From assembly GCA_041665085.1 (NCBI GenBank), contig JBAYJO010000002.1, forward strand, positions 83,413 through 147,412: a stretch of DNA of 64,000 nt, given 5' to 3'. This stretch comes from Patescibacteria group bacterium. GTDB lineage: Bacteria; Patescibacteriota; UBA1384; JBAYJO01. Below, piece after piece: positions 1 to 8,113 of the stretch. Under the pieces are notes generated by a model, which did no database searches, had not been told where the DNA came from, and worked only from the letters and a program-made list of their open reading frames with translations. Position numbers and translations under genes: made by a program. Each line of letters begins with the position of its first letter. The stretch's first letter is position 1.

Positions 1-685
1 AATCGAAGATCATTTTGATTATAATTTTGAGCTCGAAATGAGGCTGTCTGAAAGTGGTAAAGACGAGGAGTTAAAACAGATTCGCGCCATATCTGATATG
101 TGCAAATTTGTCTATGTTCGTCAAAAAGAACAAAAAGGGACAGGACACGCGATACTTTGCGCTAAAGATGTGGTCGGAAATGAACCTTTTGTAGTTCTTT
201 GGGGAGATGATTTTTTCTACACAAAAGGAAAAGTGCATTGTCAGCAACTGATTGATGTATACAATAAAAATGGCGGATCTGTCCTGTCGGTTGTAGAACG
301 AGCAGAAAAAGAAGATAGTTATAAATACGGCTTTATTAAACACGGCGAACAAAAAGATGATATAATAAAAGTCGAGGCATTAGTGGAAAAACCCGGTCCG
401 GAAGCTCAACCATCAAAACTCGCGACCATGTCCGGATTTCTGCTTTCTCCTCAAATTTTTGATATTTTGGAAAAACAAGAACCGGGAAAAGGGGGCGAAA
501 TCTGGCTTTCGGATGCTATAAATCGTCTCTGTCAAATTGATGATGTTTTTGCAAAAAAAATTGACGGTAAGCATTATGATTGCGGCAATAAGCTAAGCTA
601 TGTAATTGCAAATATCGAAATGGCTTTAGAAAGAGAAGAATTTAACGGAAAATTGGTGAATTATTTAAAATCATTGCAAAATTAA
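1..685 (+). CDS. galU: UTP-glucose-1-phosphate uridylyltransferase (5' truncated by window edge)
   Basis: Frame is open from position 2 (IEDHFDYNFELE); motifs YVRQKEQKGTGHAILCA, PFVVLWGDD, VEKP, GGEIWLSDAI, YDCGNK are typical of GalU. Confidence 0.9.
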   Translation, partial: IEDHFDYNFELEMRLSESGKDEELKQIRAISDMCKFVYVRQKEQKGTGHAILCAKDVVGNEPFVVLWGDDFFYTKGKVHCQQLIDVYNKNGGSVLSVVERAEKEDSYKYGFIKHGEQKDDIIKVEALVEKPGPEAQPSKLATMSGFLLSPQIFDILEKQEPGKGGEIWLSDAINRLCQIDDVFAKKIDGKHYDCGNKLSYVIANIEMALEREEFNGKLVNYLKSLQN

Positions 686-778
686 CAAATTAATTGAAGC
701 GTCCGCCTTCGCTTCGCCTTCGGCGAGCTACGGCGAGACTTCCTGTTCTCCGCTTCGCGGAAACAGGAGCGGAGGGAT

Positions 779-2134
779 ATGAAAAAATTAATTTATTCAG
801 GTTTAGCACTAGTAGCGATTATAGGATCGGGTTTACTACTTAGCGGATGCGGATCGACAACTACAACCACGACTCAAACTCCGACTATTTCAATGACAAG
901 ACCAACTGGAGATGAAGATTTTTTTAAAGGAGTTATCGCTGGTTTTAAAGAAAGTAATAGTAGTGCCACTATAAATTACAAAGAAGTTCCATTTGAAGAC
1001 TACGAACTTAACACTCTTAACACGCTGGCTGCTCAAACCGGTCCTGATATTTGGACAATTAGAAATGACTGGGTAAGCAAGCATTACGATAAATTATTGC
1101 CAATACCTGATTCTTTTTTCAAGGTTGATAAAAATGACAAATCAACAGCGGTAGATTATTTTAAGGCAAATTTCGGTGAAAATGTTGCGAATGATGTAAT
1201 TGTAAATAATAAAGTTTATGGCATCCCGCTGGCAATGGACACAATGGTAATTTATTACAACTCAAAGTTAATCAATGAAGCGATTGATGCTTACAATACG
1301 GTTGCCGATGAAAATAAAACTGAAGGAATTGATGGTATTCCTCAAACTTGGGATAGTTTTTTAAATTTTGTACCATACGCAACAAAAAGAGACGGCAGTA
1401 ATATTACCCAAGCCGGTATTGCAATGGGAACGGCAAATAATGTCAATCGAGCAACTGATATTTTATATCTTTTAATGCTTCAAAATGGCGCTCAAATGGT
1501 TTCGCCGGACAATCTAACAGCAACATTTAATTTAGACACAAAAACATCAGCTGGCGGATCAGCCAACCCCGGTCTTTCGGCGCTTGATTTTTATACCAGC
1601 TTTAGCAATAGTTCAAAACCAAATTATTCATGGAATAGCTCAATGCCGGATTCAATCCAGGCATTTGTTGACGGTAAGGTAGCGATGATTTTTGGATATG
1701 GTTATATGGCAAACACAATCAAACAGCTAGCTCCGGATCTTAACTACAAAACTGCAAAAGTACCGCAAATTTCAAAAACAGCAGAGCCGGTTAATTTTGC
1801 CAGCTACTGGGTAGAAACAGTTACCAAAAGCAGCAAAGGAAGTTCTCTGGTTTTTCAATTTTTAAAAAGCTATGCTAATAAAAATACAAGTGCTGATTAC
1901 GCAACCCTAAAAAACTCTTCTAATGCATACATGCAAAATTATGACAAAACAGACGAAAATCCAAAAAATTCTCAACCTGCCAATGTAAAAACATTTAACA
2001 AAGGCAAACAACCGGAAAAATTTGACTCATTAATTGTTGATATGATTTCAAATGCAACAAGTGGAACAAGCCACCAAAAAACACTTGATGAAACAGCAAC
2101 AAAAATTACAAATCTTTTAAGAGAAAAAGAATGA
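779..2134 (+). CDS. Extracellular solute-binding lipoprotein (sugar ABC family-1 type)
   Basis: Lipobox LSGC, Thr linker, GPDIW, YGIPLAMDTMVIYYN, PQTWD, AFVDGKVAMIFG; SD GGAGG upstream. Confidence 0.8.
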   Translation: MKKLIYSGLALVAIIGSGLLLSGCGSTTTTTTQTPTISMTRPTGDEDFFKGVIAGFKESNSSATINYKEVPFEDYELNTLNTLAAQTGPDIWTIRNDWVSKHYDKLLPIPDSFFKVDKNDKSTAVDYFKANFGENVANDVIVNNKVYGIPLAMDTMVIYYNSKLINEAIDAYNTVADENKTEGIDGIPQTWDSFLNFVPYATKRDGSNITQAGIAMGTANNVNRATDILYLLMLQNGAQMVSPDNLTATFNLDTKTSAGGSANPGLSALDFYTSFSNSSKPNYSWNSSMPDSIQAFVDGKVAMIFGYGYMANTIKQLAPDLNYKTAKVPQISKTAEPVNFASYWVETVTKSSKGSSLVFQFLKSYANKNTSADYATLKNSSNAYMQNYDKTDENPKNSQPANVKTFNKGKQPEKFDSLIVDMISNATSGTSHQKTLDETATKITNLLREKE

Positions 2135-2409
2135 TTGGAAAAGTTTTTGCCGCCAATACAATTAATACCCAGTTCGGCAATGTTACAACTGTTCCGGAAT
2201 ACATTGCAGCTATTTACAGCTGGATACTTGGTTTTGGAGTAAGCATTGCAGTTGTCTGGATTATTGTTTCGGGATATATTTTAATGACCAGCCAAGGCAG
2301 TCCGGATGCAGTCAGCAATGCCAAAAAAAATATTATCGAGTCTTTGTCTGGTATTGCCCTTTTATTTTTAGCAAAATTAGTAATCGATAGCATATGGAAA
2401 CCATTTTAA
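2131..2409 (+). CDS. VirB2/TrbC-like T4SS pilin paralogue 1
   Basis: Two TM helices around the loop SGYILMTSQGSPDAVSNAKKNI; ATGA overlap with the SBP stop. Confidence 0.75.
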   Translation: MIGKVFAANTINTQFGNVTTVPEYIAAIYSWILGFGVSIAVVWIIVSGYILMTSQGSPDAVSNAKKNIIESLSGIALLFLAKLVIDSIWKPF

Positions 2410-2729
2410 ATTTTATAAAACTTAGTATTCCCCGAGCAATGGCCAGCGCTGCAACTGAAATTAACATTTCTTCTCCCGGCAAATGGACCACGGCTGAAGC
2501 ACTTATAAATGATATTTTTAGATATTTCACTCTGATCGCGGCATCAACATGTTTTATAATATTTGCAATCGGCGGGCTGCATTACATCTACAGCACAGGG
2601 AGTCCAGATCAAGTAAATAAAGCAAAAGATACAATGATCTGGTCAGCAATCGGATTTTTCGTTTTTGTTGCCGGATACGCAATTGTAAGATTAGTAGGAG
2701 GGTGGTTCGGATATGACAAAATTTTTTAA
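2394..2729 (+). CDS. VirB2/TrbC-like T4SS pilin paralogue 2
   Basis: GGLHYIYSTGSPDQVNKAKDTMIWSAIG between two TM helices. Confidence 0.8.
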   Translation: METILNFIKLSIPRAMASAATEINISSPGKWTTAEALINDIFRYFTLIAASTCFIIFAIGGLHYIYSTGSPDQVNKAKDTMIWSAIGFFVFVAGYAIVRLVGGWFGYDKIF

Positions 2730-3048
2730 AAAAATAGTAAATAAAATTAATCCTAGAAATGTTTTGTATGCCTTGATTATTCCGGAAAGCTGGAAAACCA
2801 GTGCACCGATTAATCTTAGCGATTTAAATGATTTTGTTTCCGGCACAATTGTCGGCCTGGCTTTAAATTTAGCTGGCTTTGTAGCATTATTTTTTGTTTT
2901 TTTAGGTGGGTATATGTGGATAACTTCAAGCGGAGACACCGGAAAAATCGAACAGGGCAAAAAAACTTTAATTTACGCGCTAGCCGGTTTTGTTTTGGTT
3001 CTTGTTTCAGGTTCGCTTGTTAAAATTGTGGTTAATTTATTAACATAA
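2713..3048 (+). CDS. VirB2/TrbC-like T4SS pilin paralogue 3
   Basis: GGYMWITSSGDTGKIEQGKKTLIYALAG motif. Confidence 0.8.
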   Translation: MTKFFKKIVNKINPRNVLYALIIPESWKTSAPINLSDLNDFVSGTIVGLALNLAGFVALFFVFLGGYMWITSSGDTGKIEQGKKTLIYALAGFVLVLVSGSLVKIVVNLLT

Positions 3049-3122
3049 CTTTAAAAAAACTGTAAAATAATAATATAGATTGAAAAAAATAAAGGGTCGA
3101 TGAAAATTAAGAAAGGAGAGAT

Positions 3123-3518
3123 ATGAAATTAAGCAAACCGATAAAAATATTATTGACTGTATTGCCACTAATGATTGCTGCTTTAGTAATGTTCACACCT
3201 GTTGGATCATTGGCAGCTATAAGCGAACCTTATAAAGATACGACAAAATTAAATAACGTTGAAAACATTATCAGTTTTATATTAAAAGTTGTGATCACTA
3301 TTGCTGCGGTTGTGGTTTTTGTATTATTTGCTGTTGCCGGCATCACATATGTAACTGGTGCTGGTAATGAAGAACAAACCGGAAAAGCCAAGAAGATGAT
3401 GATTGATGCAGCAATTGGACTTGCAATTACGGTAGCCGCTTATGCACTAGGTAAATACGTTATTGTTCTTATTGTTGGAAAAGACGCAACAAGTAGCATT
3501 TCTAGTGTGACTTTCTAA
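3123..3518 (+). CDS. VirB2/TrbC-like T4SS pilin paralogue 4 (strong SD, candidate major pilin)
   Basis: Signal-like N-terminus; AGITYVTGAGNEEQTGKAKKMMIDAAIG; AAGGAG SD. Confidence 0.8.
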   Translation: MKLSKPIKILLTVLPLMIAALVMFTPVGSLAAISEPYKDTTKLNNVENIISFILKVVITIAAVVVFVLFAVAGITYVTGAGNEEQTGKAKKMMIDAAIGLAITVAAYALGKYVIVLIVGKDATSSISSVTF

Positions 3519-3534
3519 AAACAGAGAAAAATAA

Positions 3535-3906
3535 ATGGAAGCCATTTTAAAGATTATTTTGAAATTCAGTGATATTTCTAAAGCTTTTGCTTATGATTTG
3601 AGCAATAACCCGGTTTTAAACACGGTGAATGGTTATGCCACAAATACTCCGAGCTCAATTACAGAATATATAAACAAAGCTTTAGAGATTATCATGATTA
3701 TTGGAACAACAGGTGTCTTTATTATGGCTTCCGTTGGCGCTTTTATCTTTTTAAATAGTGCGGGAGATCCTGAAGTTGCTAAAAAAGGTCAAAACACGAT
3801 GATAAATGCCGGCATAGGATTTGCTTTGCTTGTTGCAACATATGCAATCGTAGTTTGGTATCTGAAAATCACAACCGGCGCCAGTACAATTAATATTAAT
3901 ATTTAG
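3535..3906 (+). CDS. VirB2/TrbC-like T4SS pilin paralogue 5
   Basis: GAFIFLNSAGDPEVAKKGQNTMINAGIG motif. Confidence 0.8.
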   Translation: MEAILKIILKFSDISKAFAYDLSNNPVLNTVNGYATNTPSSITEYINKALEIIMIIGTTGVFIMASVGAFIFLNSAGDPEVAKKGQNTMINAGIGFALLVATYAIVVWYLKITTGASTININI

Positions 3907-3910
3907 TTGC

Positions 3911-4243
3911 TGTCATCGCGAAGCGTCCGCGCTGTGGCGATCTACATCCTGTCATCGCGAGGTCATCCGCGGCGATCTATGAAAAGATTGCGGAGCCTGT
4001 CCCGAAGTATTGAGGGATCTCGACTTCTCGTAATGACAAAGTAGAATACATTCGCAATGACAGATGGATCTGACTCCTCGAACGACAGTATTTTATCATT
4101 CCAGACTCGATCCAATATATTCCACCTTGTCATTCCAGACTGAAAGCGAAGCGCTTCAGATCTGGAATCCAGTACTATTTGATTATTATTTACTCTGGAT
4201 CCCAGCCTGCGCTGGGATGACAAAATGAAAAAGCTGGAATGAC
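3911..4243. repeat. Cluster of GTCA-ended REP-like palindromic elements
   Basis: Multiple GTCATCGCGA.../...GCAATGAC and GTCATTCCAGAC.../GGATCCCAGCCTGCGCTGGGATGAC units. Confidence 0.85.
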
Positions 4244-4252
4244 GGAGAAAAA

Positions 4253-4621
4253 ATGATGAAAATTTTAAAAAAAATTATTTTGCCAATTTACTCAATTATT
4301 TTTTTGTTTGCATTATTTATTCCAAATACTTCTCATGCATTAATCAAACTTCAAGATCCGATTAAAAATGCTTTCGGCTCATCAAAAGTACATACAACAG
4401 ATGATGCCATAAACATGGTTCTTTCGATTCTATTTTATTTGGGGGCAATTTCTGTTTTTATATATGGAGCGATCGGTGGTATAATGTATTTTTTTGCAGT
4501 TGGAAACCAAGATCAAGCCAAAAAAGCGCAGGCAATGATTTATTACGCAGCAATCGGTTTTGTAATGTTGGTATCTGCTTATGCTCTTGCCGAATGGGCA
4601 ATTAATTATGTGCTAAGTTAA
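4253..4621 (+). CDS. VirB2/TrbC-like T4SS pilin paralogue 6
   Basis: Signal-like N-terminus; GGIMYFFAVGNQDQAKKAQAMIYYAAIG motif. Confidence 0.8.
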   Translation: MMKILKKIILPIYSIIFLFALFIPNTSHALIKLQDPIKNAFGSSKVHTTDDAINMVLSILFYLGAISVFIYGAIGGIMYFFAVGNQDQAKKAQAMIYYAAIGFVMLVSAYALAEWAINYVLS

Positions 4622-4643
4622 AATATTATTTGATAGAAATGTT

Positions 4644-4673
4644 AAAGGGCAGCTCGCAAGCGAGCCGCCCTTT
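4644..4673. terminator. Bidirectional intrinsic terminator between convergent genes
   Basis: AAAGGGCAGCTCGCAAGCGAGCCGCCCTTT stem-loop. Confidence 0.7.
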
Positions 4674-4688
4674 GGTATGTCATGCCAC

Positions 4689-6482
4689 CTATTCAGCGAC
4701 ATCTTTGATGGGGATAAAGATCATCCCCGCCGCCACATCTGTGGCGGTGCCCGACCAGTAAGCGTACTTACCGATCGGGTAGTTCTGCCCGCCAATCTCG
4801 GGGCTTACCCCATATTGACTGGCGACAGTTGCGTTCTGGTTGAATGCAACCACCTTAACCCGACCGATCAAGCGGCCTAAACTGCCACTCTCAAGGGACG
4901 AGTCTCTATTTGAGTAGACAGCCAGAACCTGCCCGATCTGGGCATTTCGTACTCCACGAAGGAGGACGAAACTGTCGGTTTTGGCCGCTACCGGCACCTG
5001 TTTGGGCAGTCTGCTGTAGGCCTTCTTCAGGCCATCGGCAGCACTGGCCGCCCAGAATCGCCAAGCCTTATCTGTGGTGACCTGTTCGAAGTCACCGCCA
5101 GTGCCAATCGACACCTCGACACCGGGGATGCGCACATTGGTCTCCGATCCGGAGACAACCTCTTCACTGTACCCAGTAGCGCTTACTGGCTCAACCGCCA
5201 GTTCGCGATAACTGGTTGCGGAAACTGTACCCGTCACGCGGGCATAGAATTTCCGCACTCTGCGCGAGCCAGCGGTTTCGATCCTCTCAATACCACCAGC
5301 TATGCCGGATTCGGAATAGCCATCAACACACGATGCATTGACGGTTATTTCGCCGGTGGCGCCGAAGTACTTATCGTATTCCGGACGAGTGGCAGGATCA
5401 ACACCTTCGAGCTCTTGCTCGGCTCTGGCACGATCATATCGCTCATCGCGAGCAACGATCGTTATGCCCGAGCCTTTGAGCCCGTCATTGATCCAACCAG
5501 CCAGCTCGGCTGCTCCGCCGGTGAACTCTCTTCCTTCCATCTGATTGATGACAAGCACCAACCTGACTTCGGGAATTGCGGGTTTCTGTAGGGCAGTTGC
5601 AGAATTGCTCTGGATCCCAGCCTGCGCTGGGATGACAGAAGGGTCGATTGAGACTGTCGGAGGTGCCGGAAGATTAATCTCCGGCGGATTCTCCGTCAGC
5701 CTTTTGTCAAGATGGCCAATCCGATCCACGAAACGTGGGTGATCGGCGGCGATTTCTCCAAGCTTAGAAATCTCGCCCTCGCTCTCACTCAACAGTTTTA
5801 ACGAGCGTGCCATCGCCTTCGGATCACGGCCAGTGACAGCAAGAGATTCAAGACCGAATTGATCGGCCTGAAGCTCCTGCGTTCGGCTATACTTTGCACT
5901 TCTTACCATACTAAGCACGCCGGCCGCAACCTGAATAGTCTGGTTGGCCTCGGTTCCTCCGAGGATAGTGGACAGAAGAACATTGGAAGCCAATGCATCT
6001 GACCACGCTTTCTTAGAGTCGCCGTTTTGGATGTGGCCACATTCGTGGCCAACAACACCGGCAACATCATCCTGCCACCCAAGCGGGTCTTTCGACTTAA
6101 AGAACTCAATCAACCCTTCGGTCACAAAGATGTGTCCGCCTTGCGTGCCTGGCACGCAAAAAGCGTTCAGCACAGCCTTGCTGGCCTCGTCCCTCTGGTC
6201 TACAACCAGAATTTTGGGAACATCGGCCATTTTCTTTGCTTGAGCAATCGACGAAACGACCGCGTCTAGCATCGGATCGGAATTGGTGCGGTATTCACTC
6301 CGCACCTTAAGTGCCATGTCATCGCCGGCTAGGGCGACATTCTTGGCAGTAGGGCGATTTACGATCGCAGTCAGAGCCCCATTTAGGATGGCTCTTTTCC
6401 ACGAGTCGCTGTCTGCGTTTGCCACAGAAGCAAAAACAGACATCACAACTACCAGAGCTACTAGCGAAACAAAGCGTTTCAT
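4689..6482 (-). CDS. Secreted M48-family zinc metallopeptidase with uncharacterised C-terminal domain
   Basis: Signal peptide; LNAFCVPG, HIFVTEGL, GVVGHECGH (HExxH), YSRTQELQADQFG, DHPRFVDRI; visibly GC-richer than neighbours. Confidence 0.85.
   Translation of the reverse strand: MKRFVSLVALVVVMSVFASVANADSDSWKRAILNGALTAIVNRPTAKNVALAGDDMALKVRSEYRTNSDPMLDAVVSSIAQAKKMADVPKILVVDQRDEASKAVLNAFCVPGTQGGHIFVTEGLIEFFKSKDPLGWQDDVAGVVGHECGHIQNGDSKKAWSDALASNVLLSTILGGTEANQTIQVAAGVLSMVRSAKYSRTQELQADQFGLESLAVTGRDPKAMARSLKLLSESEGEISKLGEIAADHPRFVDRIGHLDKRLTENPPEINLPAPPTVSIDPSVIPAQAGIQSNSATALQKPAIPEVRLVLVINQMEGREFTGGAAELAGWINDGLKGSGITIVARDERYDRARAEQELEGVDPATRPEYDKYFGATGEITVNASCVDGYSESGIAGGIERIETAGSRRVRKFYARVTGTVSATSYRELAVEPVSATGYSEEVVSGSETNVRIPGVEVSIGTGGDFEQVTTDKAWRFWAASAADGLKKAYSRLPKQVPVAAKTDSFVLLRGVRNAQIGQVLAVYSNRDSSLESGSLGRLIGRVKVVAFNQNATVASQYGVSPEIGGQNYPIGKYAYWSGTATDVAAGMIFIPIKDVAE
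5608..5637. repeat. REP-like element in-frame inside the M48 peptidase gene
   Basis: CTCTGGATCCCAGCCTGCGCTGGGATGACA identical to 4193-4222 and 37217-37246; encodes VIPAQAGIQ. Confidence 0.85.
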
Positions 6483-6554
6483 GATGTCCTCTCCTTTGAT
6501 ATTGAAATGTTAAGCCGCTAAGTTCGCGGCTTTCCGCTTTACTTATTACCCGTT

Positions 6555-6583
6555 ACTATAGCATAAAAAGCCGCTTTTGTCAA
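6555..6583 (-). promoter_or_regulatory. Sigma70-type promoter of M48 gene
   Basis: TTGACA-17 nt-TATAGT on minus strand with extended TG. Confidence 0.7.
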
Positions 6584-6661
6584 GTTTGGTTAGGTAAAAA
6601 AAGTAGAATAACTAAAATATAGTAAAGGACTGTCCTTTACAATATTTTAGTATATTTTAGT

Positions 6662-8113
6662 TTATTTTTTTATTTTATAGATCACGGCCAAGTCATCGCT
6701 GTAGATTTCTTGCCAATTGGAATTATTTTTAAGATATTCAACCAATTTATCATCTCTATCTTTATTTAATAGAAATAAATTAATATTATACTTTTTAATT
6801 AAATCTTCTCTTTTGTCAGCTTTTTTAACAATCGCACCATACCCGTCTCTGGCAAAATAATTATTTTTTTCAAACCAAGCTGACATCCGTCCATCAATAA
6901 ACACTTTTTCTTCCGGTAAATAATAAATTAAATATCCGCCCCAACCATAATTGTTAAATATTCTGTCATCTTGCATGCGATTTTGCCTGATAAAATCTAC
7001 CGCCTTATTTGGAAAGACAAAATTCATAGATGAAGCAAAAGATACCAACAGGAGAAAAATTATAATTTGAGCGAAAACCACCCATATAATTATTCTTTTT
7101 TTAAAGTTTTCAACAATACTAAATCCGGGCGATTCACTAAATTTATCCCATGCCAGCATTAAAATATATGGCGATAAAACTAAAAAAATCGGGGCAAATT
7201 TTTGCACTATAAGAGATAAGAAGGAGATGTAGACAACTGACGCCCATTCAAAAGGCAGTTTTTTAAAAACAACGATTGATAAAGACAAAACAATGACATA
7301 AGGAAAAACAAAGATAAATTCAGACTGGGGAAGCCATTCGCCAATTCCAGCAAGCGGGGACATAAAAGTATAAAAAACTTCGCGGAAAAGGTGGATTCCG
7401 TAAGGATTTATCAAAGTTGCAAGAAAAGAAAGTAGAAAAAATAAGCTAAATATAAATTTTTCTTTATTATTAAAAACCGAGTAATAGATATATTTTTTAA
7501 GAAAAAATTTTCCTTGGAATATTTTAATAAAAACCAGATAGAAAAAAATTGCCAAACCTACAAAAAACCCACCGTGTAAATTTGCCCAGAGAACGAAAAT
7601 AAATGGAATTGGAATTAAATAACGAATTTTCTTGAATTTGATATATCTGATTAGCAGGCTAAAAACAAGGGCTGTATTAAAAAAAGTAAAAGTTTGAGGT
7701 CTAAATCCCCAGAGATAAAGATTCAGATAAAGCGCCATAAAAATTATGAAACGCCAATATTTTTTAATATGTTTTTTCTCAAGAGGGATTAAAACGGCAG
7801 AAGTAGCTAAAATTGAGCTTAAAAGAACTAAAAACCAATGACCAATATGATTTTGTACCTCATACATAAAAACACCTGAAAGCCACTCATGAAAAACCCA
7901 AGGATATGACGACATGGTATATGACCAAATATCCGCGTGAGGTATAGTGTGATTTTGAACAATCCACTCCCCTCCTTTGACGATCCAAAAAAAATCTGTT
8001 TCTACCCTGTTAAAATTCGTGATAAATAAAGTAAGAGTTAGAACAAAAAATAACCCGATCACAAATAGGTTATTTTTTAATTTACTCTGTTTATTCACTA
8101 ATAACCCTTTCAA
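6662..8113 (-). CDS. Polytopic membrane protein, probable GT-C-fold glycosyltransferase
   Basis: Many TM helices; DFFW, PWVFHEWL, RPQ, LWANLHGGF, INPYG, NNYGWGGYL, VFIDGR motifs. Confidence 0.6.
   Translation of the reverse strand: MKGLLVNKQSKLKNNLFVIGLFFVLTLTLFITNFNRVETDFFWIVKGGEWIVQNHTIPHADIWSYTMSSYPWVFHEWLSGVFMYEVQNHIGHWFLVLLSSILATSAVLIPLEKKHIKKYWRFIIFMALYLNLYLWGFRPQTFTFFNTALVFSLLIRYIKFKKIRYLIPIPFIFVLWANLHGGFFVGLAIFFYLVFIKIFQGKFFLKKYIYYSVFNNKEKFIFSLFFLLSFLATLINPYGIHLFREVFYTFMSPLAGIGEWLPQSEFIFVFPYVIVLSLSIVVFKKLPFEWASVVYISFLSLIVQKFAPIFLVLSPYILMLAWDKFSESPGFSIVENFKKRIIIWVVFAQIIIFLLLVSFASSMNFVFPNKAVDFIRQNRMQDDRIFNNYGWGGYLIYYLPEEKVFIDGRMSAWFEKNNYFARDGYGAIVKKADKREDLIKKYNINLFLLNKDRDDKLVEYLKNNSNWQEIYSDDLAVIYKIKK

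Noticed and set aside
3963-4223. 86-aa ORF (likewise 41145-41363)
   Set aside because: Merely translates REP repeats; no SD or protein features
3911-4243. CRISPR array
   Set aside because: Units are heterogeneous palindromes in both orientations with irregular spacing; no cas genes; fits REP-like repeats
5338-6513. Several antisense or alternate-frame ORFs within the M48 gene
   Set aside because: Expected by-product of GC-rich coding DNA; no motifs
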